A DNA stretch of 64,000 nucleotides from Eledone cirrhosa. Lineage: Eukaryota. Positions 27,801-40,424 of this stretch are shown piece by piece. Each line of letters starts with the position of its first letter. Position 1 is the stretch's first letter. The stretch lies in contig OZ024741.1 of the NCBI GenBank assembly GCA_964016885.1, positions 191,084,001 to 191,148,000 of the forward strand, read 5' to 3'. A model generated the notes under the pieces. The model made no database searches, was not told the DNA's origin, and saw only the letters and a program-made list of their open reading frames with translations. The translations under genes were made by a program, and so were the position numbers.

Positions 27801-30549
27801 GTCTGAATAGGCAACCATGTGCATTTGTGGACAGCTTAATGTTTCCTTATCATTCTGTCTAATTAAAAATCTATCTAAATACGATCTAGAAAACCCAGTG
27901 CAGTTGCTCCACGTCCACACTGGTGCACTTGGGAAGTCTAGTCGATATCTATAGCCAGTTGCAATTGGCTGATGAGATTTTTGAGGCTATTATACCCCCC
28001 TCTATTATCACAAGCTCCTACATAGTCCAACGTGCGTCTAAGATACCATTCCAGTCCCCCGCTAACACTAAGGAGCGAGATGTTCCCAGGAATGGTTCCA
28101 GGCGCTTGAAGAACTCTGGTCGCGATGTCCCATTCGGGGCATATACGCCCACCAGTCTGAAAGCTCCACCTTCACTACCATTCACGTCCAGGACCACCAG
28201 GCTGCCTTCCGGGTCCAAGTGAGTCGTCTGTATTTTGAGATCCAAGTTTTTTCAAAACAGAACAGCAACTCCCCCTCCCCCTCCTGGCTGACAGAGAGAT
28301 GCGTTGATCTCAAAATCATCGAACATGGGGGTTAGCTGCTGCTTGTCGTGAATCCTGGACTCGGTGATGGCTATCACATCTATACAATATGACCTGAGAT
28401 CATTTAAAAGCTGGCCCTATTCCCAGGACTGCCCAGGCCCCGTACATTCAAACATCCACTTGTATAGTCGCCATGTTTGTGAAGAAAGGTTAAGGAGAGA
28501 AAAGGCAGGAACACTTACCTTTTCGTTTCCTGGAGGTCGGGTTGTTCGATCTCCATGTCCAGATTGGTGGTGTTTGGGGAGGGAGGGAATCCTTTTAGCA
28601 GAACACGGTTAAGGGGCTTTTGGCAAGGGGAGCCCACATCATGTGGGAAGTTCTCTTTTAAAGTTTCATACTGTAGGGTTGTTACCCTGATAAGTTTGAG
28701 GTTTGGGGATGGGTCGTTGGTGGGGAAAGTTTTCCCTTCTGTTTGTATTGTGGGGTCCTTTCGGACAGTTTCCACTAGTTCTTTGTTTCTTGTTTTTATG
28801 TATGTGTAATGTGTTTTTTTTTTATGTGTACTGTTTCTGTTTGTAGTTTTCTTTTTGTGGTTGGGGTTTGTGATTGTGGTGGTGTGGGTGTTTGTTTTGT
28901 TGGTGAAGTGTCTGGTTGTGTTGTTGGTGTGGCTGTCCTTTGTGGCGGTATGTTTAAGTCAGTGTTGGGTGTGTGCGTGTTTTCAGTTGATGTTTTTGTT
29001 GTATTTTTTCTGTGTCTATTTTGCTTCATGGATTTTTGGGGTTCTTCTTCATCCTCTCTTGGAGATGTTGAGGTTCCCGTGTCTGAGGTGTTATCATTGT
29101 GGGTAGGTGGAAGGGGTGTGTTGTGTGGTGGTGGAGTGTTTGTGTGTGTGTTTGTGGGAGTGTTGGACTGACGGGGAAAGGGGTGGGATAGAGTCCTTCA
29201 GGGGAATTTTTGGTGTGGTGTCTTTTGTGGTTTGTGATAGTTGGGTGAATGTTGATGGTTTGGAGGTTGTGTTTTTTGTTTTCGGGTGTGTCTGTTGTGG
29301 TTTTGGGGTTGGCAACAACGCCTTCCTTTGTTTTTCCACATCCAGCATTGGGCAAAATGCTTTTAAATGTGTTTTTTCCACATTTGAAACTTGTGGTCTT
29401 TTGCCCTCCACTGCGATGTGGACGACATGGTTATCATCCACCGCCACCCTTTCCGGTATTTTTTCAATCCTCTCCGGTTTCATTTGAACTAAAAGCTCAA
29501 TTGAGGTCCCGCTCCAGTTCTGTCGGATTGATTTTTTTTACAGAGAGGAGGTTGTCTTCACCCTCCTCCAAAAAACCACCCAGGATCCACCAAATGTTGG
29601 TGTTCGGTGGGATCTGGGAGATCCTTATTTTATGGGCTCTTCTTCCCATGTATGTTGGGAAGAAGATGTGTTGGCTCGTTCTACTTGGAGCCACCGAATA
29701 TTTCTGGGCGAGGGCCTTGCTTTTAAAGAGCACCGAGATGCTCCCGTACTGCTTGGCTCTCTGGAGTTAAGCAATATCTGGCATTGCCTCCTTTAGCGTG
29801 GTTTCCGCCGTGCTAGTGCTTAGAGCCACGGGTTTCTTAGTTTATGAGAAGATCGTCCGGAAGAAAATTGTTTTTCTTAAAGTCGCGGCTCTAATTTCCG
29901 GTGGGGTACTTATTCGAAAGCCGTTACCTTCGAAAGTTATATGTTGCGCAGCGTCCTTTAGGTGCTGCACTTGGTTTGACAGATCTATCTGTATAAACTC
30001 TGTCTCTTTGGTAAGGCTTTCTGCAAACGTTTTTTTCTTTTGGTGTGTTTGGTTGTTTTCATTTGTGCTGGAGTTGTTGTTTTTGTTGTTCTTGTTATTG
30101 TTGTTGGTGTTGTTTTCGTTCATAGCATTGTTGTTGTTGTTGTTGCTGGTGCCTCCACTTGTGTTGTTTTTGTCCATTGTTTCACACTTTTGGTTTGTTG
30201 CCATGACAACGTCAAGTTGTTGGTCAGCAGGTGAACAAAATCCTTCCTCTGTCTGACCTTTATCTGAGACATCTACTATTATGACATTGGAAGGGGGAAG
30301 CTGTAAGCATATCTTCCCCTTTCCTCCTTCGAATACTGGTGAAGAAGCTGTTGCTTCAGCCATTTTTTTTTTAAAACGTTAGTTTTTCCCCAATTTTTTT
30401 TTTAATGAACTATTTCGCCTAAAAGCGTAGAATATTTTGAGAGACTCACCAGATCAAAATTTGACCTGGCAGTCCCTCTACAAATTGGTATAAAAATGAA
30501 GGTTCACAGTCAAGAATTTCTATAGAAATTTAAGCAGAACTTACCCAAG
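24830..30549 (-). mobile_element. Near full-length, decayed Tx1/L1-type LINE
   Basis: Broken ORF2 (~25086-28473; APE and RT pieces including NLDQSKAFDRV, RQGCPLS, YADD) and broken ORF1 (~28515-30363), collinear with the intact neighbour. AATAAA then (TATC)n at the 3' end. Confidence 0.92.
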
Positions 30550-30804
30550 AGATAGATAGATAGATATATTTCTTTATTAGCCACAGGGGCACAAAAGAAG
30601 GGGACAAATACAAAGGGGGAAGTTTACATACAATAAAAACGTGTAAAATGTTATCACAGATGGAATTTAAAAGTTAGTCGATTTTCCCCAATAGAGGGAG
30701 ACAGTTTATATGGGTAACACATACCCCCGAAAAAATGTGCAACCCTCATCTCCAGGAGTATGAAGAGCTTGTACTCCTTTCCTCTCCTCCTCCTTTTCCT
30801 CAAT

Positions 30805-33800
30805 CTACAGGCTGATATAGAGAGAAGGCCCATTCACTCGGGCCATTCTCGCCACTTTCACCCACCTTTCATAAAACTTGCTGCGGTACAGCACCTCTCT
30901 CTCCATCCTGATTCTTCTTCCAAAGTGGTATTTGAAAAAAAGAATCAGTTGTTGGCCGGAGAGAAAGGTGTCTGACCTCAGCCCTTTCAACCTTGTCCAC
31001 CATACAACCTCTTTCGCCATAGCTATCACACAAAGGAAAACCGCCTCTCCTTCGTTTTTGAAGGAGGGTGGCGGTTTGATCATGACAATGGATTCGGTGG
31101 TCAACTGGATTGGTCCCACCCGCGACAATAGTCGTTCTACATATCCCCACAGGTCAGTGACGCCCGGGCAGTGTATGAATGCGTGCGCGACGGTTTCTTC
31201 GTCTCGCACGCACCTCGGACAGATCTTTTTTGCAGGGTCCCTGCCCGGGCGCCCATGTCTGTAGAGCTTGTCTCGAACTGGTAGAGCTCCTCGGTAGCAC
31301 TGCCAGGCCAGGGACTTTTGGAAGTTGTCCATCGGTCCCGGGCGGAAGGTCCTACCGAACAGACTGGCCAGTTCATCTTCCTCCACGCCTAGAGTTTCAC
31401 CGAGCGCGTCGTCGCACTTGCTGCGGACCAACCCTCTATAGAATGACGAAGTGGAGTCTCCACTGATCGCCGGGTCCGCCTGCCAGAGGGCTGTGAGCGC
31501 CTGAGCACATTCGATGTGCCAGTCGCCCATTTTCCTCGGTCTCTGCTTGACCCAGGACTGCAGCTCGGTCAGTGAGACGAGTCGTGGGAAGGCTCGCCTC
31601 ACGAACGGGGCCCACACCGGTTGTCCGGTGAGGAATACGTAGAGATGCCGCAGCCTGAGCGCGTGTTTGCGCATCGTCAACCACGGCATCCCCAGCCCTC
31701 CGTTAGAAGGGTGTTGGCAGCAGATGGATCTTCTTACCAAAGGAGCCCGCCTCTTCCAAAGGAATCGGAAGAGGGCGCGCTCCATTTTGGCGAGCGTTTT
31801 GGCTGGACAAGGCACGACGGTCAAGCGGTAGTAGATGGCGGACGCTATAAAAGTGTTCGCCACCTCCGCTCGACCTTTCAAGGATAGTTTGCACTCGGCC
31901 CACTTCTGGGTGAGTGCAAACACCTTGGCCGTCACTTCGTTCCAGTTCTTCTCCACCTGGAGGTCCGGACCAAACCAGACCCCGAGCAGCTTTACCGGTC
32001 CTTCCGTCCAGCGTCCGACGACGCCATCGGAAGGCATCGGTCTGCCTCTCCACGATCCGAGTTGCAAACCGATGGACTTGTCCCGGTTCAGCTTCGCTCC
32101 TGTGAGACTTTCGTATTCCTTTAGTAAGGTGCCGACTTTCTCGATTTGCGAGGCGCTCGACACCATTACTGTCACGTCGTCGGCGTAGGCCGACGCCGCT
32201 TTCCGCAGTCCCGGTTCCAGAGGGATGCCCTGCAATAGCTCCAGCTTCCGCAGTAGTGGCTCGAGAGTCAGTACGTACAGAAGGGAGGAGAGAGGGCATC
32301 CCTGTCGAATGGATCGCGTAATATGGAACGGCTCCGAGAGGTAACCGTTCACCTTGACCCTTGAGCAGATGTTGCTGTTGTGCATTGCAGCAATCCAGCC
32401 CCTGAACACGGGTCCGAAGCCTGCCGCCTCGAGCACCGCATCCAGGTAACGATGGTCAACCCTATCGAAAGCCTTAGACTGATCCAAGTTGATCAGGGCC
32501 CCACCGAAGCCGGGTTTACACCCTACCCTCTCTATGATGTATCGCATGAGGTGGAGGTTGTCGTGTATGGACCTGGTCGGGATCGCGCATGTCTGCGCTT
32601 CTCCCACCAGGTTCTCGACGACAAGCGCCAGCCTCTTTGCCAACACCTTGGCCAAAATCTGTAACTCTGTGTTTAGCAGAGTTATGGGCCGGAAGTTGCC
32701 TATGTCATCCCCCTTATTCTCGTCCTTCCTGATTAGTGTGACCACGCCCCCGGTTACAGAACTGGGAATTCTCCCGTTCTGTTGCCAGTTGCAGTAGACC
32801 GCTTCCAGGAGACCGGAGAATAAGTCCGGCATTGCTACGTAAAATTCGTAGGGTAGACCGTCGAGACCTGGAGATTTGCGTTTGCCGCATTGGCTCAGCG
32901 CGTCCCCTATCTCAGTGGCTGAAATCGGCTTTTCGCAGAACTTCGCCTCGCTGTCCGAGAGTCGCGGTAGGCCGTCGAGGTATGGACCGAAATCCATAGC
33001 CTCTCCCGGCGCGCCGCTCCCCCCGAACAGCCGAGCAAAGTGCCGCTGAAAAGCCGCACACATCTGCTTCGGCTCACGTATCACGCGTCCGTTTTGGTCC
33101 TTCAAAGACCGAATCGTGGACTTGTTGCCACTTTTTGCCTCCGTCACTCGGGCCCAGCTAACAGCTTTGGCTCCCTCGTTTCCCAGAGCACGTATTTTGC
33201 TTCTGACAACGCAGCCCTCGTGCTTTGCGTCGAAGAACTGGTCCAAGGCCGTTCTCGTTGCTAGCACGCTGGCTACGTTGCCACTTCTAATAGCCTCTTC
33301 TACTTTATCTACCAGTTCCTTCTCGGTTCTATTTCTATCTAACGCTAATTCTTTACTAAAAACTATCGAGTCTAATCTAACTGCCCTCTTGAGAGAGTAC
33401 CACCATCTGTTGTTGACAATGGCCCCTGTCAAGTGCTGTTTAACTAAAGTGCTAATCCGTCTACTGTAGGCTTTGCTTGTCGGTAACGACAAGTTCAGCT
33501 TCCAGTAGCCGGGTCCTTGTCTATGGGTTCTATCAAGGTTGGCCATGCAGGTCACTAGTTTGTGATCCGAATAGGCAACCATGAACATTTGTGGACAGCT
33601 TAACATGTCCCTATCCTTATTTCTAACTAGAACCCTATCTAGGTACGATCTAGATGTTCCGCTACGATTACTCCACGTCCACAGTGGCGCAGTCGGAAAA
33701 TCTAGTCGATATCTATCGGCCAGGTCAAATCGGTCGATTAACTGTTTGAGGCTGTTACACCCCCCTTTATCGGGACATGCTCCCACATAGTCCCAACGTG

Positions 33801-34242
33801 CATCTAGGATTCCATTCCAGTCCCCCACTAAAAGCAAGGAGCGGGACGTTCCCAGAAAAGTCTCTAGACGTTTGAAGAAGTCTGGCCGCGGTGTCCCGGA
33901 TGGGGCATATGCGGCCACCAGCCTGAACGCTCCACCTTCACTACCGTCAACGTCTAGGACCACCAGTCGACCCTCCGGGTCCAGATGTACCGTCTGTGTT
34001 ACGAGGCCCAGGTGTTTCCGCAGCAAAACGGCAACTCCGCCCCCACCCCCCGGTTGACAGAGAGATGCGTAGATCTCAAAGTCATCGAAGATGGGGGCCA
34101 GCTGTCGCTCGCCGTGGATCCTGGACTCGCAAATGGCTACCACATCCAAACTGTGCGACCTGAGGTCGTTTAAGAGTTTGCCCTGTTTCCAGGGCATCCC
34201 CAGGCCGCGTACGTTCACACATCCAACTCTTATATTGGCCAT
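30805..34242 (-). CDS. LINE ORF2: AP endonuclease + reverse transcriptase + C-terminal Cys/His motif (1145 aa)
   Basis: NVRG, CES, YAP, GDWN, LDR, SDH (APE); KSPGLDG, FRPITLLN, DQSKAFD, RQGCPLS, YADD (RT); CPRC...ETVAHAFIHC. Confidence 0.96.
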   Translation of the reverse strand: MANIRVGCVNVRGLGMPWKQGKLLNDLRSHSLDVVAICESRIHGERQLAPIFDDFEIYASLCQPGGGGGVAVLLRKHLGLVTQTVHLDPEGRLVVLDVDGSEGGAFRLVAAYAPSGTPRPDFFKRLETFLGTSRSLLLVGDWNGILDARWDYVGACPDKGGCNSLKQLIDRFDLADRYRLDFPTAPLWTWSNRSGTSRSYLDRVLVRNKDRDMLSCPQMFMVAYSDHKLVTCMANLDRTHRQGPGYWKLNLSLPTSKAYSRRISTLVKQHLTGAIVNNRWWYSLKRAVRLDSIVFSKELALDRNRTEKELVDKVEEAIRSGNVASVLATRTALDQFFDAKHEGCVVRSKIRALGNEGAKAVSWARVTEAKSGNKSTIRSLKDQNGRVIREPKQMCAAFQRHFARLFGGSGAPGEAMDFGPYLDGLPRLSDSEAKFCEKPISATEIGDALSQCGKRKSPGLDGLPYEFYVAMPDLFSGLLEAVYCNWQQNGRIPSSVTGGVVTLIRKDENKGDDIGNFRPITLLNTELQILAKVLAKRLALVVENLVGEAQTCAIPTRSIHDNLHLMRYIIERVGCKPGFGGALINLDQSKAFDRVDHRYLDAVLEAAGFGPVFRGWIAAMHNSNICSRVKVNGYLSEPFHITRSIRQGCPLSSLLYVLTLEPLLRKLELLQGIPLEPGLRKAASAYADDVTVMVSSASQIEKVGTLLKEYESLTGAKLNRDKSIGLQLGSWRGRPMPSDGVVGRWTEGPVKLLGVWFGPDLQVEKNWNEVTAKVFALTQKWAECKLSLKGRAEVANTFIASAIYYRLTVVPCPAKTLAKMERALFRFLWKRRAPLVRRSICCQHPSNGGLGMPWLTMRKHALRLRHLYVFLTGQPVWAPFVRRAFPRLVSLTELQSWVKQRPRKMGDWHIECAQALTALWQADPAISGDSTSSFYRGLVRSKCDDALGETLGVEEDELASLFGRTFRPGPMDNFQKSLAWQCYRGALPVRDKLYRHGRPGRDPAKKICPRCVRDEETVAHAFIHCPGVTDLWGYVERLLSRVGPIQLTTESIVMIKPPPSFKNEGEAVFLCVIAMAKEVVWWTRLKGLRSDTFLSGQQLILFFKYHFGRRIRMEREVLYRSKFYERWVKVARMARVNGPSLYISL

Positions 34243-34275
34243 GTTGGTGCTGAAAAGTTAAAAGAGGAAAAGAGA

Positions 34276-36192
34276 TCACTCACCCTTCGCCTCCTGGGGA
34301 CCAGGCCGCACGATTTCCATGGGGGTGTTGGAGGGGTTGTCTGGATGGGTGGTGGTTTCCGGCGGGGTGGGGACGCAGATGTTTGGTGGGGTGGGGTCTG
34401 GTGGGATGGGGGTGTCTGGGGTGGGGAGGCATTTGAGAAGGACGCGGTTGAGTGGTTTCACGCAGGAATTCCCCACATCCTTCTCAAATGTTTCTTTTAG
34501 GGACCTATAAGTTTGTATAGGGACCCTAATCAGTTTTAGGTTCATTTTTTTGCTATTTTTTATAGAGTGGGCGAAAGTTTTCCCTTCGGTGAAAGCCGAA
34601 GGGTCGTTCGTAATGGTCTCCATTAGTGTTTTGTTTTCAGTGTTTATGTAAGTGTAAGTGTAATTTTCTTGTGTTGTGTTTGTTTTTGTCTGTAGTTCTT
34701 GTGTGTGCTTTCGTTTTGTTGTAGGTATTTTGTTTTCAGGAGGTGGGGGTTTTGTTTGTGATATTTTTGTTGTTTGTGTTGGTGGTTGTATGTTTGTGGT
34801 AGTGTTTGCTGGTTTTTTGCTTTTGTGATGTCTTTTCTTTCTTTTCGAGCGATGGGGTTCTCCCTCGTCTTCACTGGGTGATGGCGAGATAGCCTCATCT
34901 GTTGTATCGTCTGTGTGATTGGGGAGGGGTATGTCTTGGGGAGCTGTTGTGTCTGTATGTGATTTTGCAGTGGTTTTAGGTGGAGTGAGGTTGGGTGGGA
35001 CTGTGTTTGTTGTGGTTATTTTTGTGTGTTGGTGTTGTTGTTGTAGTGATGGTGTTGGTGGTTGTGTTGTTTTGATGGGTGTTGGCAGAAGAGCCTTTTT
35101 TTGGTTCATTAGTTTAGGACAGGAAGCCCTCAGGTGACCCCTGCTAAAGCAATGGTAACATGAAGGCCGCCTACCCTCAACCGAAAGGTTTATGTAGGTA
35201 AGTCCGTCCAGGAGTACACGCTGTGGGATCATAGCTATTCGCTCTGGGCTCATTTGCACCAGAACTTCAATGCTAGTCCCATTGAATACATCTCTGGGGG
35301 ACTTGCCTACTGACAGTATTCTGTCTTCATCAAAATTGATGAAGCCGCACAGTATCCACCATATGTTCACCTTTGGTGTGACACTTGTGATTCTGATCTT
35401 TTGTGTCCTTTTTCCCATGTATGTAGGGAAAAAGGTGTACAGGTTGGATACAATTGGCGACACAGAGTAATTTTGGGCCGTCAATTGATCCTTCATCAGT
35501 ACCGAAATACTCCCAAAAAGTTTGCTTCTTTGAATGAATGCAATATCATTCATTGAATCTTTGAAAACCAGTTCAATATCTTTCTGTGACAATTGGACTG
35601 GTTTTCGGGTAGAATTGGAAACTGTCCTAAAAACTATCGTTTTGAGAGCAGTTTCCTTGCGAATTTCTACCGGAGAATTGATGCTGAAAGCACCATTTTT
35701 TTCGAAGGTGACATATCTCTTAGCGTCCTTTAAAAGGTGTTCAGCATTTGTTATGTCGAGATATATCAATTGTTCTTTCTTTTGAACTTTCTCCGCAAAG
35801 GAGATTTTTGGTTTCTTTGTGGAATCCGTATTGGTGGTGTTGTCATTATTGTTGTTATTCTTGTTTTTATTCTTGTTGTCACCGATGTTGGTATCATCCG
35901 TATTTTCCTTGGTGTTGTTGTTGTCTTTGATGCTGGTGTTATTGGCGTTGTCTTTATTTTTTTCTTTGTTGTTGTTATCATTGTTGCTTTTATCATCATT
36001 ATTGGTTTTGCTGTTATTTTTGTTGTCATTGAGCTGTTTGGTGTCATTTGTGTTGTTTGGATGTGAATTCGTTTTTTTATTTTCATTTTGTCTTTCCATC
36101 TCTATAGTATCTAGTGAAGAAGACGTTGTTGACTGCGAGCTTTGTAGTCTTACCGCCTCTCCACCACCATTATCGTTGGACGCAGCGTTCAT
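34276..36192 (-). CDS. LINE ORF1 nucleic-acid-binding protein (638 aa)
   Basis: CCHC knuckle CYHCFSRGHLRASC; N/D/K-rich N-terminus and T/P-rich C-terminus; position upstream of ORF2. Confidence 0.9.
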   Translation of the reverse strand: MNAASNDNGGGEAVRLQSSQSTTSSSLDTIEMERQNENKKTNSHPNNTNDTKQLNDNKNNSKTNNDDKSNNDNNNKEKNKDNANNTSIKDNNNTKENTDDTNIGDNKNKNKNNNNNDNTTNTDSTKKPKISFAEKVQKKEQLIYLDITNAEHLLKDAKRYVTFEKNGAFSINSPVEIRKETALKTIVFRTVSNSTRKPVQLSQKDIELVFKDSMNDIAFIQRSKLFGSISVLMKDQLTAQNYSVSPIVSNLYTFFPTYMGKRTQKIRITSVTPKVNIWWILCGFINFDEDRILSVGKSPRDVFNGTSIEVLVQMSPERIAMIPQRVLLDGLTYINLSVEGRRPSCYHCFSRGHLRASCPKLMNQKKALLPTPIKTTQPPTPSLQQQHQHTKITTTNTVPPNLTPPKTTAKSHTDTTAPQDIPLPNHTDDTTDEAISPSPSEDEGEPHRSKRKKRHHKSKKPANTTTNIQPPTQTTKISQTKPPPPENKIPTTKRKHTQELQTKTNTTQENYTYTYINTENKTLMETITNDPSAFTEGKTFAHSIKNSKKMNLKLIRVPIQTYRSLKETFEKDVGNSCVKPLNRVLLKCLPTPDTPIPPDPTPPNICVPTPPETTTHPDNPSNTPMEIVRPGPQEAKGE

Positions 36193-36410
36193 AACGTAAT
36201 CAAAATTTTACAATATTTTTTTCCAAGATTCGATGGAGAAAAATTTTTTAAATGGATATTCCGCCCCTGTAGGGGCGAAAATGAGTTGACCCACCACCTG
36301 AAGGTCCAGACGGGTGGTCAAGTTACACAATGATATAAAATTGAACTAAAAACTCACGTTTTTTCCTTACATAAATTAACGGAAACTTCTCCGCGAAGTG
36401 ACACACGTCT

Positions 36411-36417
36411 GATAGAG

Positions 36418-36469
<52 letters not shown>

Positions 36470-36490
36470 GGATGGATGGATGGATTGATA
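36411..36490. repeat. (GATA)n then (GGAT)n microsatellite
   Basis: Visible directly in the sequence. Confidence 0.95.
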
Positions 36491-36494
36491 AGTA

Positions 36495-36900
36495 ACTTTT
36501 CTGCAGAGAGATACCTCAGGCTTCTTCAGAATATGCAGAGATTGCAGTGATGCAATCCTTTGGAGTAGGAATGAGTTCTGTTGACAATGTTACAAGTTGT
36601 TGTAGGGCAAACATGCCTTAGTATCTGAATTTCCAGATACAATTGGATAGCAAAGTGTAGTTTACTTGTCCTTGGACCTAAAAGATTTCAAATGTTGACT
36701 GTATCATTCCTAGGAGACTTTAGCAATAAGGCATGTATCATTCCTCTGAATATCCCCCATGCGATGAATGCTGTTTTATACACCCCAGCTTTGAAAAGAG
36801 ATAATCCTCTCAAGGAATGTGCTGCTTGATTTCAGCAGTTGCAGGTTTGTCTCTAGGATTGGGTCTGTGTAAATGTTTGTATTCAGTGTGGATGTGAGTA
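36495..36900 (-). mobile_element. Penelope-like GIY-YIG endonuclease remnant (highly decayed)
   Basis: Minus-strand pieces YSQHLKSFRSKDK, TLLSNCIWK and KGLHHCNLCI occur in the expected order (RY..H..SF / T.LS..IW / CNLC). Confidence 0.5.
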
Positions 36901-37120
36901 TTCATGTAATGTTCGAAGTGATATTGGCTAGGCAAGAATAGCCTTAGCACTATGCATATCCACAAGCTTTTGGCATTTGTATGTAGTCAGAAAATGGTGC
37001 TTTATAAGAGATAGAGAAGAAGTATATGAGTATGGGTGGTGACTCAGTGAACCAAGTTTCTCAACAAAGTCAGTGACTTAAATGGTGAAGTGAATCAGTG
37101 AACTAATTATCATCATCTTT

Positions 37121-37175
<55 letters not shown>

Positions 37176-37292
37176 CCACCACATTTACATAAGTCATTAC
37201 CCTATCCACACTAAGGTGACTGACCTGTTGCCAAACTCCTTTCTCTGTGTTGAATGTGTGTGTGTGTGTGTATATATATATATGCATGTATA

Positions 37293-38839
<1,547 letters not shown>

Positions 38840-39005
38840 AATTAATATCTAGTAACATATATATACATACAGATGCATATCAATGCTAGCAAATATATAG
38901 GTTTTGTCTTAGTAACTTTGTGGTTCAATGCATGGGGTTGCAGAACAATAATATGAGAGACGTAAAATAAGAAAATTATAAAATTAACTTACTTACTAAA
39001 ATATC

Positions 39006-39087
39006 ACTTCCAACTAATTAGTTTCTGGAATGGAATAAATATATTTTCCGAAGAAGATACAGAGAAGCATTCCATCGTCAGGGAAGT
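39006..39087 (-). ncRNA. Putative type-I hammerhead ribozyme
   Basis: Minus strand: acttcc CTGACGA tggaatg...cattcca GAAA ctaattag TT ggaagt. Perfect 6-bp stem I, 7-bp stem II base, palindromic stem III, GUU site. Confidence 0.72.
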
Positions 39088-39575
39088 CTATTCTCATCTA
39101 AGTATCCAGTCAAAGGGTGGACACTGGAAACTTATTAAAAAATAATTCAGTGGATAGAAAATAGCAAAGCGTGGACTGAATTCCTAGCCATTGAGAAAAT
39201 CACTGCCTCTGCGCGAACCACAAAGTTACTAAGACAAAACCTATATATTTGCTAGCATTGATATGCATCTGTATGTATATATATGTTACTAGATATTAAT
39301 TCTTTATAATTATCTCCAAATTATTTGTCGAGCAATATTGGCCATGACTGCTGCTATGGTAGCAGGCAGGCCGCTGTCTTATTAGCAAACCACTTTCCAC
39401 TGATTGACCTCGATGTCACGTGATTGATTCTTTTTGAATTTGCCACCGACGCAGAGGCAGTGATTTTCTCAATGGCTAGGAATTCAGTCCACGCTTTGCT
39501 ATTTTCTATCCACTGAATTATTTTTTAATAAGTTTCCAGTGTCCACGCTTTGCCTGGATACTTAGATGAGAATAG

Positions 39576-39657
39576 ACTTCCCTGACGACGGAATGCTTCT
39601 CCGTATCTTCTTCGGAAAATATATTTATTCCATTCCAGAAACTAATTAGTTGGAAGT
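39576..39657 (+). ncRNA. Putative type-I hammerhead ribozyme (mirror copy)
   Basis: acttcc CTGACGA cggaatg...cattcca GAAA ctaattag TT ggaagt. Confidence 0.7.
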
Positions 39658-39707
39658 GATATTTTAGTAAGTAAGTTATCATTTTCTTATACTTTTCTTA
39701 TTTTACG

Positions 39708-39770
<63 letters not shown>

Positions 39771-39772
<2 letters not shown>

Positions 39773-40424
39773 AAATTAAGATAAATCAAAATAAATTTAA
39801 TCTAAATCAAATTATGGGTGTCATGCCAGAAAGACCTGCGCCATATCACCCGTAAAATAAGCTCCAAGATTCTAATGAATAGGTCCAAGCATTTTATAAC
39901 AACTAGAAATTGATTAACATATAAATAAACATATGAAACAATCACAGAGGATAATTTGTAAATGTGTGTAAGCACACATAGCTAGGTAGGTAACTAAATA
40001 AAGTTTAACTAGAACTTCAAAAATAGATACCTTATAAAATGATTAATCTTCCTTGTGTATATTCCATTAAAGAAATATATTTCACCAATTAATCGATTGG
40101 TAAACGACAGTAGTCAGATCTTGGATTCTCAACAAGAAAGAAGTCCAACCATCTGTGTTTACGCATCAAGTTCAAATCAGCGACTGGCCAGTAACACGTG
40201 CTGTATCTACTAAAAATACACACATCATACCAGCTTCGTCCCAGTGGCGTGAATAGGGTTATCGACAACTAGAAACAGCAGTCAAGTCCTTTCAACAGAG
40301 TTAGTTCTACAATTAAGGAGCTGTATGTATATATATATATCCAAAATTAAGATAAATCAAAATAAATTTAATCTAAATCAAATTATGGGTGTCATGCCAG
40401 AAAGACATGCACCATATCACCCGT
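39771..40424 (+). repeat. 83-bp direct repeat pair (39771-39853, 40342-40424)
   Basis: caaaattaagataaatcaaaat...catatcacccgt occurs twice, each after a (TA)n tract. Confidence 0.85.

Larger units (their letters stand above)
30566..36410 (-). mobile_element. Full-length Tx1/L1-type LINE with both ORFs intact
   Basis: ~220-nt 5' UTR, ORF1, 33-nt spacer, ORF2, 3' UTR with AATAAA; both ends abut (GATA)n. Confidence 0.95.

Noticed and set aside
30760-36199. Many short ORFs overlapping the LINE
   Set aside because: Antisense or alternate-frame shadows of GC-rich or low-complexity LINE coding sequence.
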